Assembly (NCBI GenBank): GCA_965645245.1
Contig: OZ287071.1
Coordinates: forward strand, 1,178,001 to 1,242,000
Direction of reading: 5' to 3'
Length of the DNA stretch: 64,000 bases
Source of the DNA: Massalongia carnosa
Lineage: Eukaryota
Position numbers and translations under genes: made by a program. Shown in pieces: positions 39,875 to 51,899 of the stretch. The notes under the pieces are model-generated. The model was not told where the DNA came from and ran no database searches. It was given only the letters and a program-made list of their open reading frames with translations. Numbering within the stretch: position 1 is the stretch's first letter; the number at the start of each line of letters is the position of its first letter.

Positions 39875-40968
39875 TTACCTACTCTTTCTGGCTCTCATCC
39901 AGAAGGAAACACCACCAACGATCACAATGAAGAATAATAGCTTTTGCAATAAGCTCCATCCCGGACTCTCAACCAAGACAGCGGCGGCAACCTTCGTATG
40001 CTCCGGCTCTTTGGAGGTGTGGGTTTCCGGCAAGGTAGCATTCAGTTCCTCCTCATCCGTAGCTATATTTTCGGATCCGAAGAGATCTTTGGAAACCAAG
40101 ACGAATAATCAGCAACTCCAGAGCATTACGGCGGAGATGTAACAGGATGAGAAAACGCTGCTTGGTTTAAAGCTCCGCATGTGTACCTTCTTCTGGAGCC
40201 TCTAATTCCCCGCTCTTCGCGATTTTGACAGGCTTCTCGGGTTTATCGTTTCTTCCCTTTGGTACATTCTCGATCTTCTCAACCACCTCATAACCTTCCA
40301 AAACTTCCCCAAAGACAACATGCTTTCCATCTAGCCAGCTACAAATAATAGTAAGCATAATAAAGTGTGACGGTTGATCAAAAAAAAGGAATTGACGTAC
40401 CTGGTAATGGCGGTGGTAATAAAGAATTGGGATCCATTGGTATCTTTACCTGAGTTGGCCATGCTGAGCACACCTTTCTTGGTATGCTTCAACTTGAAAT
40501 TCTCATCGGGAAATCTTTCTCCATAGATAGATTTTCCACCGGTACCTAACCGATAACAATAAGAAGAGTGCTTTACTCGATGAAATATGGAGTTCTGGCA
40601 TACCGTCGCCCTTTGTAAAGTCGCCACCTTGAATCATAAAAGCCTTAATCACTCGATGAAAACTAGATCCTTCGTAGCCAAACCCTTTCTCGCCCGTAGC
40701 TAGAGCACGGAAATTCTCCGCAGTATCGGGCACAGTTTTACCATAGAGGCCAATCACGATACGTCCCAGCGGCTCATCCCCATGTGTAACATCAAAATAG
40801 ACCTATAAAAATCCCATCCGTAAGTGCTTCTGAAACCATTCATCCCATGAAGCTCACCTTGTGGGTTATCTTAGGCCCCTTGTTGGCTTCAGACGTCTGG
40901 GCGAAGAAGAGGAAAGTTGCGGTCAGGATCAAAAGCACAGAAATAACCAATCGTTGAAGGTTGGCCAT
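39875..40968 (-). CDS. CPR5/cypB: Cyclophilin B (secretory PPIase). Isoform 1 ends HAEL* at 40167; isoform 2 splices 40186>40087 to a TM-anchor exon ending at 39875
   Basis: Signal peptide [81 protein letters not shown]. Introns 40803-40857, 40546-40603, 40339-40400. Confidence 0.96.
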
Positions 40969-41198
40969 GATGAAAAGCATCAACGACGTTTAAGTAATGG
41001 TAATGCACGTGGGGAAGTTGTCTTGTTGGAAGGGGAAAAAAGGAAACAGGGCAGTAGAAAACGAGAGGTCTTGAATTGGCGCTAGAAGGAGGTTTCGGAA
41101 CGGATTTACATATATACACGTTACTGAAGTTTCCATAGCTCCGCTTTGATGGACATTTAAGGTACCTGCTAGATTCTTGACCTTGCGACTTTGCAGCC

Positions 41199-41787
41199 AT
41201 GGTATGGTACAGTTGAACCGGGCCTACATATTTACTGACAATATTTTCAAAGGGATTCATTCATGGCAACAACTTTATGGAAAGTCGGCTTGTCAAGGTA
41301 GCCATACCCGTTCTCCCTCCTCATATTCCCCGTTCTCCCCTAAACTGACTCCTTCCCCCCCCGTCTCTTCTAAAAAGCGCTGCCTCGAAACTTTCTACGG
41401 CATCGGCCCCCTAGTCTCCCAACGCATCATGGCGCGCCACTACATCCACCCCGCCTGCCGCGTTGGCGGCCTCGCCCCGCAGCAAATCCTCGAGCTGAAC
41501 GCCGACCTCGCCTCGCTGAAGATTGAGAACGAGCTGCGCCGTGAGATGCGAGATAATATTCGCCGATTGAGAGACATGGGTGCCTACAGGGGCAAGCGAC
41601 ATGCGCTGAATCTGCCCGTTAGGGGTCAGAACACTCGCACACAGGTAAGCGGTCGGGTTTCTTTTTACTTTTTCAGGTTAGGTGGCATGTGAGGTTTTTG
41701 GTAGGGAAAGGGGAAGAGTAAGGCTGATCTTATGGGTGTTAGAATGCTACGGCCCGTAGACTGAATCGGATGGAGCGGTATGCGTGA
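41199..41787 (+). CDS. SWS2: Mitochondrial ribosomal protein uS13m; exons 41199-41201, 41253-41297, 41378-41644, 41743-41787
   Basis: [56 protein letters not shown]. Divergent from cyclophilin B. Confidence 0.93.
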
Positions 41788-42084
41788 TTGGGTTTTCGTG
41801 ATGGATCGACAAAGCTGTAGGTTTGGGTTCAAGCGTCGATGAGGGAATTCGGGGGTTTTAGGAGAAAACGTCATATGTATCAAGAGCTAGGTTCAAGCCA
41901 CCTATTTCTGTTCTGTAAAAGAACTTCTCGGAAACGGATATTCATCGCTTTTACTTCATTAAAGGCAATACTCATCCATCAACAGATTTTCAACAGAATT
42001 CCATTCCATAGAATCGAAGTATCTTCGCTAAAAAATCACCTACCGATTTCCCCATTTATACTTCTTTATACACCTCGAACCCCC

Positions 42085-42524
42085 GCCGTCACCTCACCGG
42101 CCTGCCCATGTGGCTGGCACAGACAAACTCCAGAACACGTAATCATGTTCAGTAGACTTATTGACAATAGAGAACAGATGTTTCGCGCCGCTAGCACGAA
42201 CAACTATCAACAGCTAACCGAAACATTAATTGCTTAGCTGATGAAAACAGGTCTACTGACCCAATTCTCACTGGCATCTACACTATTGTACAATCAACAG
42301 TAGTTTCACTTCTCTTTTCTTTCTTATCTCACAAGGCGTCACAGTTGTCACATGATTTTCACTCTGCGTCTCTGTCCGACGTCGACCCGGTGTCACATCG
42401 GACAGGTATCAAGGGATATGGTTTTTACACCTGAAAAAGGTTTTCCATGTAACATAACTTAGATAGCTTTGCCCGCATGGGCCGGCCTACGGCCGGTGAC
42501 ATATCGGAGTATGGATACATCATC
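42085..42524 (+). mobile_element. 5'-truncated Tad1-like LINE copy (~440 bp)
   Basis: Homologous to the 3' end of the LINE at 51675-56896 (CPCGWHRQTPEHVIMF, 3' UTR). Ends in a short (CAT)n tail and is flanked by the direct repeat ATACACCTCGAACCCCC (42068-42084, 42525-42541). Confidence 0.93.
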
Positions 42525-43086
42525 ATACACCTCGAACCCCCACAAACAGCTCGGTCTCAAGGCCTTTTCCACAATACTCGATCCAAGCCGACCTTTTCCA
42601 AAACCTGCTCCTCAAAACGGAAAAATCAACCCTAGCCACCGCAACCATGAGGAATCGTTCAGTCCTTCAAAATCACCAGTCTCATAGATCAGTCTCCTTC
42701 CGAGGGGTGGAAAATTTCCAGAATACGTCGGTTTGGGGTTAGTTGGACTCTTGTTCAGCCAAAAATCTACAAAGCTTCGTAGGGCTCAGAAAGGGGCGAG
42801 ATAAGAGCTGAGATTTCTGGCCTTCGCATTTCATTTACTCTTAATTAACGATTATGGATCTATAAGATGGATAGGACTAGTTTTCCTCGGCAGCGGGTTA
42901 GATATTATGTGTACCCGAAACTATTTGTAAGACGCCTGAATTAGGACGTATAAACGGGTTTCTAGAAGCTATCCCAAACGCAGCTAGGGCTAGCTAGCTC
43001 ATCTTTCATCCATTTTTTATCTCATGCAAGCTTGTTCAATTCCCCCTTCCGTCATTCCGCAGTAATCCATCCCTCGAGCCCCCTAG

Positions 43087-46000
43087 CTACAAATTCATTT
43101 TAACAATCATACTGTTGCTGTGCACCAACAATACCGGCGGCAAATCCTGGCACAAAACGTCTAAATCGCTCAAATAGTTCACGCAAGCCTCCTCGCTGTC
43201 CGAAGTCCCCTCCACAGGGCTCGGCAACGTTGTGAATAACACGGCTGTGTCCTTTGAATTTTGTAGCATGAGCTCGTTAAGGATCAGATGCTGCGCGCGA
43301 CACGGGAGGTCATTGAAGCTGAGTGGCATGTTTTGGGGAAAGGGAAAGCCGGAGGCATGGAAAAGTGCGACTTGCGAACCATGAGGGTAGATGGATGGAC
43401 GGCGGGGGAAGCGGCGTCCGTGAACATGGTTGACGGTCCTGAACCGTCTTCGATCGCTACAGCCGTTCTGGGAACTGGACGCGAGGTGAACTTTATGGCG
43501 GATGATTGGCGCGTTGGCAGTGGTCGGGATAGTCTTTTTAGATTTTGGCAATAGGGAGGGGGTCTGGGTACAAAATTTCATGTTGGACACCACTATTATC
43601 GGTTTTGCTGCTAGGTTCTTGACGCGTGGTTTGCCTTGACGATGACCTTTTCGTAGGAGACGGACCTGGCATCAAATCGCCGTGGCTATGTCGTCTAGCA
43701 ATCTTGGAAGCTAAAATAGCGTAAGACGTATTATTAATGGGTTCCTCTTCGAAATCATCAACATCATTTTTGCTTGCTGGGCTCAATGTCTTTGATCGCT
43801 GGCTGGAGCCATCCCCAACAATATCCGAGCTACTCTCGTTGCTTTCAGATTCTTCACTCGCGCTGGCATGACAGGCATGCCGGTGAACCACATCATCGTG
43901 CAATCTATGCGTTCGCATCCCAAATCTTGCTCCTAATTTACCAAGGGTGCGAGAAGGGCGCTGGCTTTTCGAACTGCGAATGATTCTTTTGAGGCCTTGA
44001 AATCGCTCGACAGGGGAATCCCTTCTGCCCTCTTGGAACGATGAGGAAGGCCAATTTGGTGTAAGATGGAGTAGCCCTTGTGCTTCAGCAAGCTCCTCCG
44101 ATGCGCTGGTTTTCTCTTGGCGACCCTGTAATTTCTGAACAGCTTGCCACCATTCCTCATTTCTCAACACATCGTTGACGGTCTTTTCCACCCCTTCATC
44201 GCCCACGGGAATGCCCCCGCTCAGAATCATTGTGTATGTCTTCAATTCACCTGATGCCAGCCAAAATACGAGTATTTCAGCTCGCATTCGGAGATTATCA
44301 AGTAAAGTTCTGACCCGGCCTCGTTCTTCTTCAACATCTGATTCATATTCCACAGACAGCCACTCGCAGCACGCACGCTTTTTTCCAGGCAGGTACGGTG
44401 TTCAAGATACACCCAAGCTGCAGTATTAAAGTATGCGTATCAAAGTTACTGGTAAGGATGTTCTGTTCCTGCTCCCCACCTTCCGTCGTGATCTCTGCAG
44501 AAATCTGGATTGGCCATAGATCAATATACATCTTACTATTGTCTGATTCAAGCTGAGGAAACTCTAGGTTTCTAAAAACCTTTTGCTATAGCAACATTGA
44601 TTTGCAGTCTTAACAGTAGATCTTCTAGAATCGTAACATAGTTCTGAATCCCTATAGCACCTTCAGATTTGCAGGCATCCGTAGGTAGCAGTCCCTGCAT
44701 TTTCTTGGCTTTGAAATCTCGCTGCTCGCGGACTATGCTAGTCTGGCTTGGTAATCGTTTGGTTGCTGGGACATTTTCGATTCCTGAGGATTTCCCAGAC
44801 TGTAACTTGATGAGAGGCTGGCTCTCCAAATATTCGTCTAGATTGTACGCTCCCATAATAACAATATCCGGCCACATCCCTCCCAGGCCAGCGCTGAGAA
44901 CTATATTTCTCGTCCCCCATTCCAACGGCTGGAGAGACTGCAACGTTGACGAATGCTTTGGCCTTTGAGATATCGATGAACTTGGTCCAGGCAGCTTGTT
45001 GTCGGCGTACTTCGGGTACGGCTGTCCCAAAGTCATCAGATACAATAACATGGCCTAGAACAAAGAGTGCCCCTTTTTTTAGCGAGTTGCAAAATTGAAT
45101 GAGCTCGTACTGCCGACGAGGGTCGTTGACTAAAAGGAGAATTTGTGGTCTCCAAAATTTTACGTGCTCTTGACGGAGATGGAGAAGATATTTACGGACT
45201 TGATGGTAAATGAGACTTTGACTGACATCCCCCCAAGACTTTGGAGGTGTAGTATAATGAATGATAAGAAACAAAATCACCAGCATACCTACACATCCAG
45301 TGGCATATAGACCATCGACAAAGAACATGCTAACATCACTGATCAAAGCCCCAAATCCTGCAGTTCACCAATTGAAGTAATGAAAAGAAGGTCTGAAATT
45401 TGGGGCGGAACTAATGGTAAGCAAGAAGCATGCCAAGTTGGTCACGAGGGACGTCATCGTAACAAAAGATGCAATTTGGTTGATGTCACACAGCATAGCT
45501 AATTGAGCCACCAGATGAGTAAAGAGGATTGCATAGGTCGGTTCATCTTGGTCCCTACTACCTTGACTGAAGATCGAAAACCCAGGAAGAAGATGGTCCC
45601 TTGCTAGAGCCTGCAGCAGCTTGGCAGATCCGATGACACCCATTAAAGATGAGAAAAACGAAGTAGCAAACTCCCCAAGTAGTATCAGAACACCAGAGAT
45701 ACTTGTCTAATCTCAAAGAGTTATTAGTATCAGAGTAGATTCAAGGCTTGAGCTTGCTCACATCTTGGATGACATTCAAATTATTATAAAAAGATTCTCT
45801 TGTGATAGTAGCAGCCAATGCAAGGATCACCATGGTGTAAGCAAAAAAAGTCAAGGCAAGACCGCTGAGGGTTCCTTTTGGTATGGCTTTGCTTGGGTGC
45901 TTCAGATCCCCAGACATACTTGCTCCTCTATATAGCGGGTTAGTACTAATTCGAGTGGAATGGCTTTAAATGAGTAGACTTACGCAAATATCCCCCCCGT

Positions 46001-47100
46001 AGCAGGAAACAATACGCCAAAAAGATCTTGAAAGTTCTCCTTTCCAGAAAGCTGGCTCCCGTCCGCGCCTTGGGTGAATTTAGGGTAAAGGTTACCCTTG
46101 AATGTTTCGATACTCAGACCAGTATAATCGATACCGAACCCCCTATCGTGCGAAGGCTTCAAAATAAGAGCAGAGAAGGGGATACTAAATGTGGCAGCCA
46201 GCAATATAGCGAGCAGCCCTTTACTGCATCTAGCAAAAATCCCGCTACCAGCCAGACAGATACCAGTACAGATGACAAGAATGAAAGTAGCCCAAGCATA
46301 TTCTACCCAAAAGCCTTGGGGGAGCCACCGAGCCCAGTTGCCGGATCTTTCTCCAAATTTTGCTTTGAAACAGTCTACTAACCCGACAGCATTCATGCCA
46401 GTGTTGAAAACAAAGCCAAGGTAGAAAACAAGGCCTATTGACCCGCCAAATTCTGGCCCTAGCGAGCGAGATATTAAATAATATGCCCCTCCACCACGTA
46501 CCGTACCATTTGTAGCAAGTGCTGAAATGGACAGGGTAGTAACGAGATTAATGCTATAGGAGGCAGCAAGCATGCCTACTCTCGGACATACGTCAGCCTC
46601 GGCCAGGCCATCTTTGCACCAAAGCCATGCAGAAAACTAACCCATCATGCCAAAATATCCTGACTGACCCAGTATGAAGCCAAATCTTAGAAACATCGAT
46701 ATGCTCAGGACGTTCAAACTTGTGGGTACAAAAACCCAGAAAATGTCCCCAGCTTCTCCGTCCCTGTAACCGGTCTTACCACTTGACCCAGCTTTCGCTA
46801 CACCTTTGACCTCCGGATGATTATACATCTGCGCTGTCAATGTTGTTTCTCCAACACTCTGTGCCTTCCTCCGCTCCTCGCGCCAGACGAGTGACGACTC
46901 CAGTTTGGGGAATGATTATTTCTCTCATCAGAACGAAAGATTCCTTTGGTAAAATCATGATCGGATAGATTTGGTTGTGGAGCATCTACTTGAGGCTTGG
47001 ATAGGTTGTCCAATATGTCTGAGTGCTGTGGCTGCCGTTCTGTCGATGATGGTGGCATAGACTGAGCAGGTAAGTCCATTGTCTACTTGCCTTACCGCCG
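43087..47100 (-). pseudogene. VHC1: Cation-chloride cotransporter (Vhc1/SLC12A9-like), multiply disrupted; 5' end approximate
   Basis: KLGTFS/FVPTSLNVLSI, TNGTVRGGGAYYLISRSLGPEFGGSIG, LFPATGGIFA, SAPNFRPSF, HVKFWRPQILL, YIDLWPIQ, SFNDLPCRAQH. Frameshifts near 46735, 44922, 44575, 44352 and ~43590; in-frame stops near 46837 and 46798. Confidence 0.88.
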
Positions 47101-48413
47101 CCACCTTTTCTTCATGCCAGGTTTCCTCGAGTCTTCGATCAGTGCCATTAATGCAAGCGAGAGGCTTAGCGATAGCCAATTGGTATGACGTTGGGAGGGA
47201 TTGCAGAAACGGGAAAATAGGGGGAGAGCAAAGAATCCAAGCAAACAGAGAAGGCTGTGCAACTATCTAATTAATGGCATATAGCCTCCCTTAAAACGTT
47301 ACCTTAATACCAGGTAGCGTGGAACCAGAGGTTAACTATCCCGTATATATCCGGTGGCCAAACCAAAATTACCGTATGTATTAGGCTACTGTGTACGGAG
47401 ATGTACAATCCGGTACCGGAAGTTACCGTCCGGTCGGATTTTACCCCATCATTTGCCCCTCTTTCACCATATTCAAATCATTTTATCTAGATGATGTTGA
47501 GATTTGATGGTAAAACACGCAAATGGTAGATTATATGCTACCCTATTTCATACTTTCAATAGGCTATATTTGATGGAGCCTCCTTTTGCTGCTATAACCA
47601 ATCGACAACGTTTTTCCATGCTCTCTATACACCTCCTGAAATCCTCCTCAGTAAGCAGGCCCCATTCCTTCTCTATCGTCACTTTCATCTCATCAACTGA
47701 ATGAATTTGATGTCGTCTTGCATTGACTCGATGTTTTTTGATGCGCCAAAGGTTCTCTATGGGGTTGAGATCGGGTGATTGGGCTGGCCAATTCATGCGT
47801 ATCAACCCCACTTCATGGCGATTTTTGGTGGTAGTTTTTGAGGTATGATATCCCGCCCATCGTCCATCCTTATCATATAACCTCTTTCTTTGATGCATCT
47901 TTCATAAAATGGTAATCCTAGCTCTTTTAGAACCTGATTGACGTAAATATCGGAGTTCATGCGCCTTCCTTCTGTAAAAAGTGGACTGGTCCTTTCAACC
48001 CCAAAGTTATAGCCCCCCAAATCCCTATCGTGGTGCGTCCGCTTTTGAAAGTAGGCTTCAAATAACGGGACTCCATTGCCGTGCCTTTTGGTCGAGTCAT
48101 ATAGCAGGATCGAGTATCTAAACCTGTTTCAAAAGAGGCTTCGTCCGTCCATATAACATGCAACCACTCTTCCAACTTCCAATTGACATGATCTTTGGCC
48201 CATTTCAGTCTGGCTTGCTTGTGTTTGAAAAGAAAGAAACGGCTTTTTTCTGGCCTTGAATCGCAGATATCCCGAACTCTTCAGATCTATATTCTATAAA
48301 GAGTTCCCCTGCTACTTTGGGCAACACTACCTCATTCGGTTAGATCTAACCTCATGCGGTTAGATTTAACCCGAAAAGGGAAGGCGGCTTGCGGAACAGT
48401 ACTGAATTATCAC

Positions 48414-48675
48414 ACACGCGCGTGACAAAAATGGCCGAACACCAAAACTCGCTTGACAGGCGATTTTTACTAAAGATTTTTCCAATATCTTGCTTTGGAA
48501 AATTTTCTTAAATAACCACGCTTCAGTATAAATATCATAAGGTTAAAACCGAATGTCAAACAAGCTGCAGTTACACAAATACAAGTTTGAAAAGCTTGTA
48601 AAATAATCTGATGTTTTTTATCAGACTGCAAACATAGTAAAGTTTGGTGTTCGGCCCATTTTGTCACGCGCGTGT
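48414..48675. mobile_element. MITE, 262 bp
   Basis: ~33-bp TIRs ACACGCGCGTGACAAAAATGGCCGAACACCAAA / TTTGGTGTTCGGCCCATTTTGTCACGCGCGTGT, AT-rich non-coding interior, CAC on both flanks (48411-48413, 48676-48678). Confidence 0.9.
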
Positions 48676-49294
48676 CACATAATGCTGAGAGGATGCCGTA
48701 CGGAAAGGACCAAAAAGAGGCACCTCATTGCGAGCATGCATTTCATCGTATGATATCGTAAAACTTTGCAGACCTATTAACCATATCAACCATAGTCGAT
48801 ATCTCGAAACTTGCGTGCTTTTTCGCCCGTTTGCCGTGGGGGGAGGAGGTCTCTTCGCGAAGCATCAGATTTTCTTTGAAATCCTCCCTAAGAGGTTTAG
48901 CGCGGACTCGATTGGGTTTACGGTGCTTTTCGTGTTGTTTACCTATCATCGCAGCTCTTTTCATCCTAGCCTTTCCACCGCAGCTCTTTTCACCGCTGAA
49001 TATCAACGTGAAATCGATACAGGAATGTTAACGGAAGATATTTTGACGAAAAAAATTGACGATGATATAGATAAGACTCGAGACGGACGAGCTTATAATC
49101 ACGTCAAATGACATATAATAGAAAAATCGGGTTGGAAGGGAGAAAACGGAGTCGATTATTTTTACGCTTCTAGAGTGCCTCATTGTCGACAGCTTCGAGA
49201 AAATAAACGAATTCAAGATGCATGAGACCAAAAAGCTAAAGAAGCTATGCGAAAAGCCGCGGAAAAAGAAAATTGATAACGGGGGAGTTAGATA

Positions 49295-49893
49295 TTGAGG
49301 CTATTCAAGAGGCTATCTGATAGCTATTTAAGAAACTATTTGAGAGACTATTTGAAAGGCTATTTGAAAAGCAGCGGAGATTATCTGGGAGACTATTTGG
49401 GAGGCTAATTGGAAAGTTATTTGGGAGGCTATTTGGGAGATTATTTGATAGCTATCTGGGAGGCTATTTGAAGAGTTATTTGAAAAGCAGCGCAGAATAT
49501 CTGCAAGGCTATTTGGGAGGCTATTTGGGAGACTATTTGAAAGCGGTGAAGACTATCTGGGAGACTATTTGGGAGGCTTTATGCGAGGCTTTTTAAAAGG
49601 CTATTTGGGAGGCTATTTGAGATGCTATCTGAAAAGCAGCGGAGACTATTTGGGAGGCTATTTGGTAGCTATTTGGGGGAATATTTGGGAGGCTATTTGG
49701 GAGATATTTAAGAGATACTTGGGAGATAATTAAAGGCTATTTGAGAGGCTATTTGAGAGGCTTTTTGGGAGGCTTTTGGGAGGCTATCTGGGAGACTATC
49801 TGAAAAGCAGCGGAGACTATTTGAAAGGCTATTTAGGGGCTAGACATGGGGCCTTATAAAAATCAGCGGAGGCTATCTGAGAGACTATTTGGA
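49295..49893 (+). repeat. Degenerate 12-bp minisatellite (consensus GGAGGCTATTTG) with higher-order spacer GAAAAGCAGC
   Basis: Dozens of GGAG(G/A)CTAT(T/C)TG units; AAAAGCAGCG-type spacer recurs at ~49367, 49483, 49540, 49632, 49803 and 49860. Confidence 0.92.
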
Positions 49894-51022
49894 AGATGCT
49901 TTGACAGATGCTTTGGCGGGTGCCAAGGAGGAGATGGCGCAGGGCCGTTGCGGAGCGAAGCGGAGCAGGTCCGGAGCAGAAATCTGAGATATTTTGAGAT
50001 TCGCATGAAAAAATAGTAAGTAAATGAAAAGTAATAGTAAATTAGATTTTTTCATTTGAAACATCTCAGGTCTGAGATGGCACTGTCTCATATCTTCGTA
50101 CGGTGCCTCGAGAGAGAATTTTTAGATTTGAAAGGAGTAGCCAACGCAGCCAAACTGTCATGAGGATAAAGCTCTATATGACGAATTAAAGCTCTTCTAG
50201 CACGAATATTCAGTTTCAAAGGTCGACCAGCTCGTTTAGTAGAGCGCAATGGGTGGTGGGAATTCCTAGTCTCTCGATGAATGATGGTGGTGACGGACTT
50301 AGGAACGTTTAATTCTTTAGCTATTTGACCATGCGATTTATTCGCTCGATGAAGAGCAATTATCACCGCCATGGTCTCAGATGAATATTCACGTCTAGCA
50401 GTTTTTGATATGGAAGGCATTATTTTATTTACTAATTTGATGATAGAATAGTATCAATTTGAAAAAAGTTGAAAGTTTTGATGATTAGCTAATTAGCGAA
50501 ATCGGACGGTTACCCGATTGTACTTACAGAGGATGACACAAAAAGTCCTTGGTAGCGTGCATTAGTGCATTTTTAGCGTCATGCAGAAAGGACGCTAAAA
50601 ATTAAATAGGGGTTTTTGACCTGTGCAGCATCTTTCATTTATCAAATATCATCAAATAAAATTTTGTATGCTTCGAATCATGACATCACGAAGTCAGAAC
50701 ATTAATCTGACTTCTGGGCAATAGTTACAAGCATTATCTTGATTTAACACGGCATAGCAGTCAAAGTCGTTCAAGCAATCACCGGAGTCTCTACTCAGTC
50801 TATCAGTTATATCAAACGCAAGGCACGAGATCGAGAATATAATCCCACTGTTTCGCGAATATTGAAGGTAGAATACGTAGAAGATGCATCTCGTTCAGGA
50901 CGTCCTCCTAAAGTGACGTCTGAGGTAGAACAGGCCATTTTAGACAACGTTCGTCATGATCGAAATGATAGAGAAAAATCCTTAGTCGTTTTGGGATATG
51001 AGCACGGAGCCTCATTTACAAC

Positions 51023-51138
51023 TGTCAAAGTGGTCATTACTAAGCGAGCTTGGCCCTCAGCCCTGTCACTCTGTATATAGCCATCTCCCTTTTCTGTAAT
51101 AGCAAGCAAGGTCTTCGCCTATCATCATCTATCTAACA
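51023..51138. mobile_element. Solo LTR, 116 bp
   Basis: TG...CA termini, 5-bp TSD ACAAC (51018-51022, 51139-51143) and internal TATATA. Excision restores the host frame ASFTTILNVLRRNNFR. Confidence 0.85.
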
Positions 51139-51899
51139 ACAACTATTCTCAATGTTCTTCGACGCAATAACTTTCGTCCCTGCAAATCTATCATGAAATC
51201 AGGCCTTGAGTCAGTAATGAAAGAGGCTCGATTGCAATTCTGTTTGCGTTATCGTCATTGGACTCTCGATGACTGAAAGAATGTCATATGGAGCGATGAA
51301 ACTAGTTTTGTGTTAGGCTCTTGAAGAGGACGAAGACTTCAGTGGCGAACCCCAAAAGAAAAATATGCTCAAACGTGCATTCGACGTAGATGGAAAGGAT
51401 TTTCCGAATTCATGTTTTGGGGTTGTTTTTCGTATGAAAAGAAAGGTTCTTTTCATATATGAAAGCCGGAGACAGCGGCAGAAAAACGTGCCGCTCAAGG
51501 AAAAATTGACAAAATCAATGAGGCATTGGAGCCTCTAGCGAAAGAAAATTGGGAATTGGAAATAGGCATGAAACGAATGGGACTGCGTACCAAAGGAGTC
51601 GAAAACCGGTCTGGAAGTGGGATGAAAAGCATGGAAAAGTGGCTCGAAAAGGCAAAGGAGGCATCGACTGATATGATGATGATGATGATGATGATGATGT
51701 ATTCATACTCCGATATGACACCGGCCGTAGGCCGGCCCATGCGGGCAAAGCTATCTAAGTTATATTACATGGAAAACCTTTTACAGGTGTAAAACCATGT
51801 CCCTTGATACCCGTCCGATGTGACTACGGATCGACGTCGGGCGGGAGACGCAGTGCAAAAGACGTGTGGGAACTGTAATGCCTTGTGAAAAGAGAAGAA

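Larger units (their letters stand above)
48286..50090 (+). mobile_element. Non-autonomous Helitron-like insertion (no TSD, A|T target, 5'-TC, subterminal hairpin)
   Basis: Removing 48286-50090 restores the host codons CGA AGA TAT CTG AAG exactly. Begins TCTATATTCTATAAAG. Hairpin CATCTCAG-GT-CTGAGATG lies 11 nt before the end, which is CTCA rather than CTRR. Confidence 0.65.
47406..50520 (-). mobile_element. Tc1-like DNA transposon A, degenerate, split by insertion 48286-50090
   Basis: TA-flanked imperfect TIRs CAATCCGGTA[CCGGAAGTT]ACCGTCCGGT / CAATCGGGTAACCGTCCGAT. HTH N-terminus 50420-50091; DDE part 48285-47548 (IWTDE, WGAI, WPAQSPDLNPIENLW) with frameshifts. Confidence 0.9.

Noticed and set aside
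49295..49893. CRISPR-like array
   Set aside because: Eukaryotic context, degenerate tandem units and no unique spacers or cas genes.
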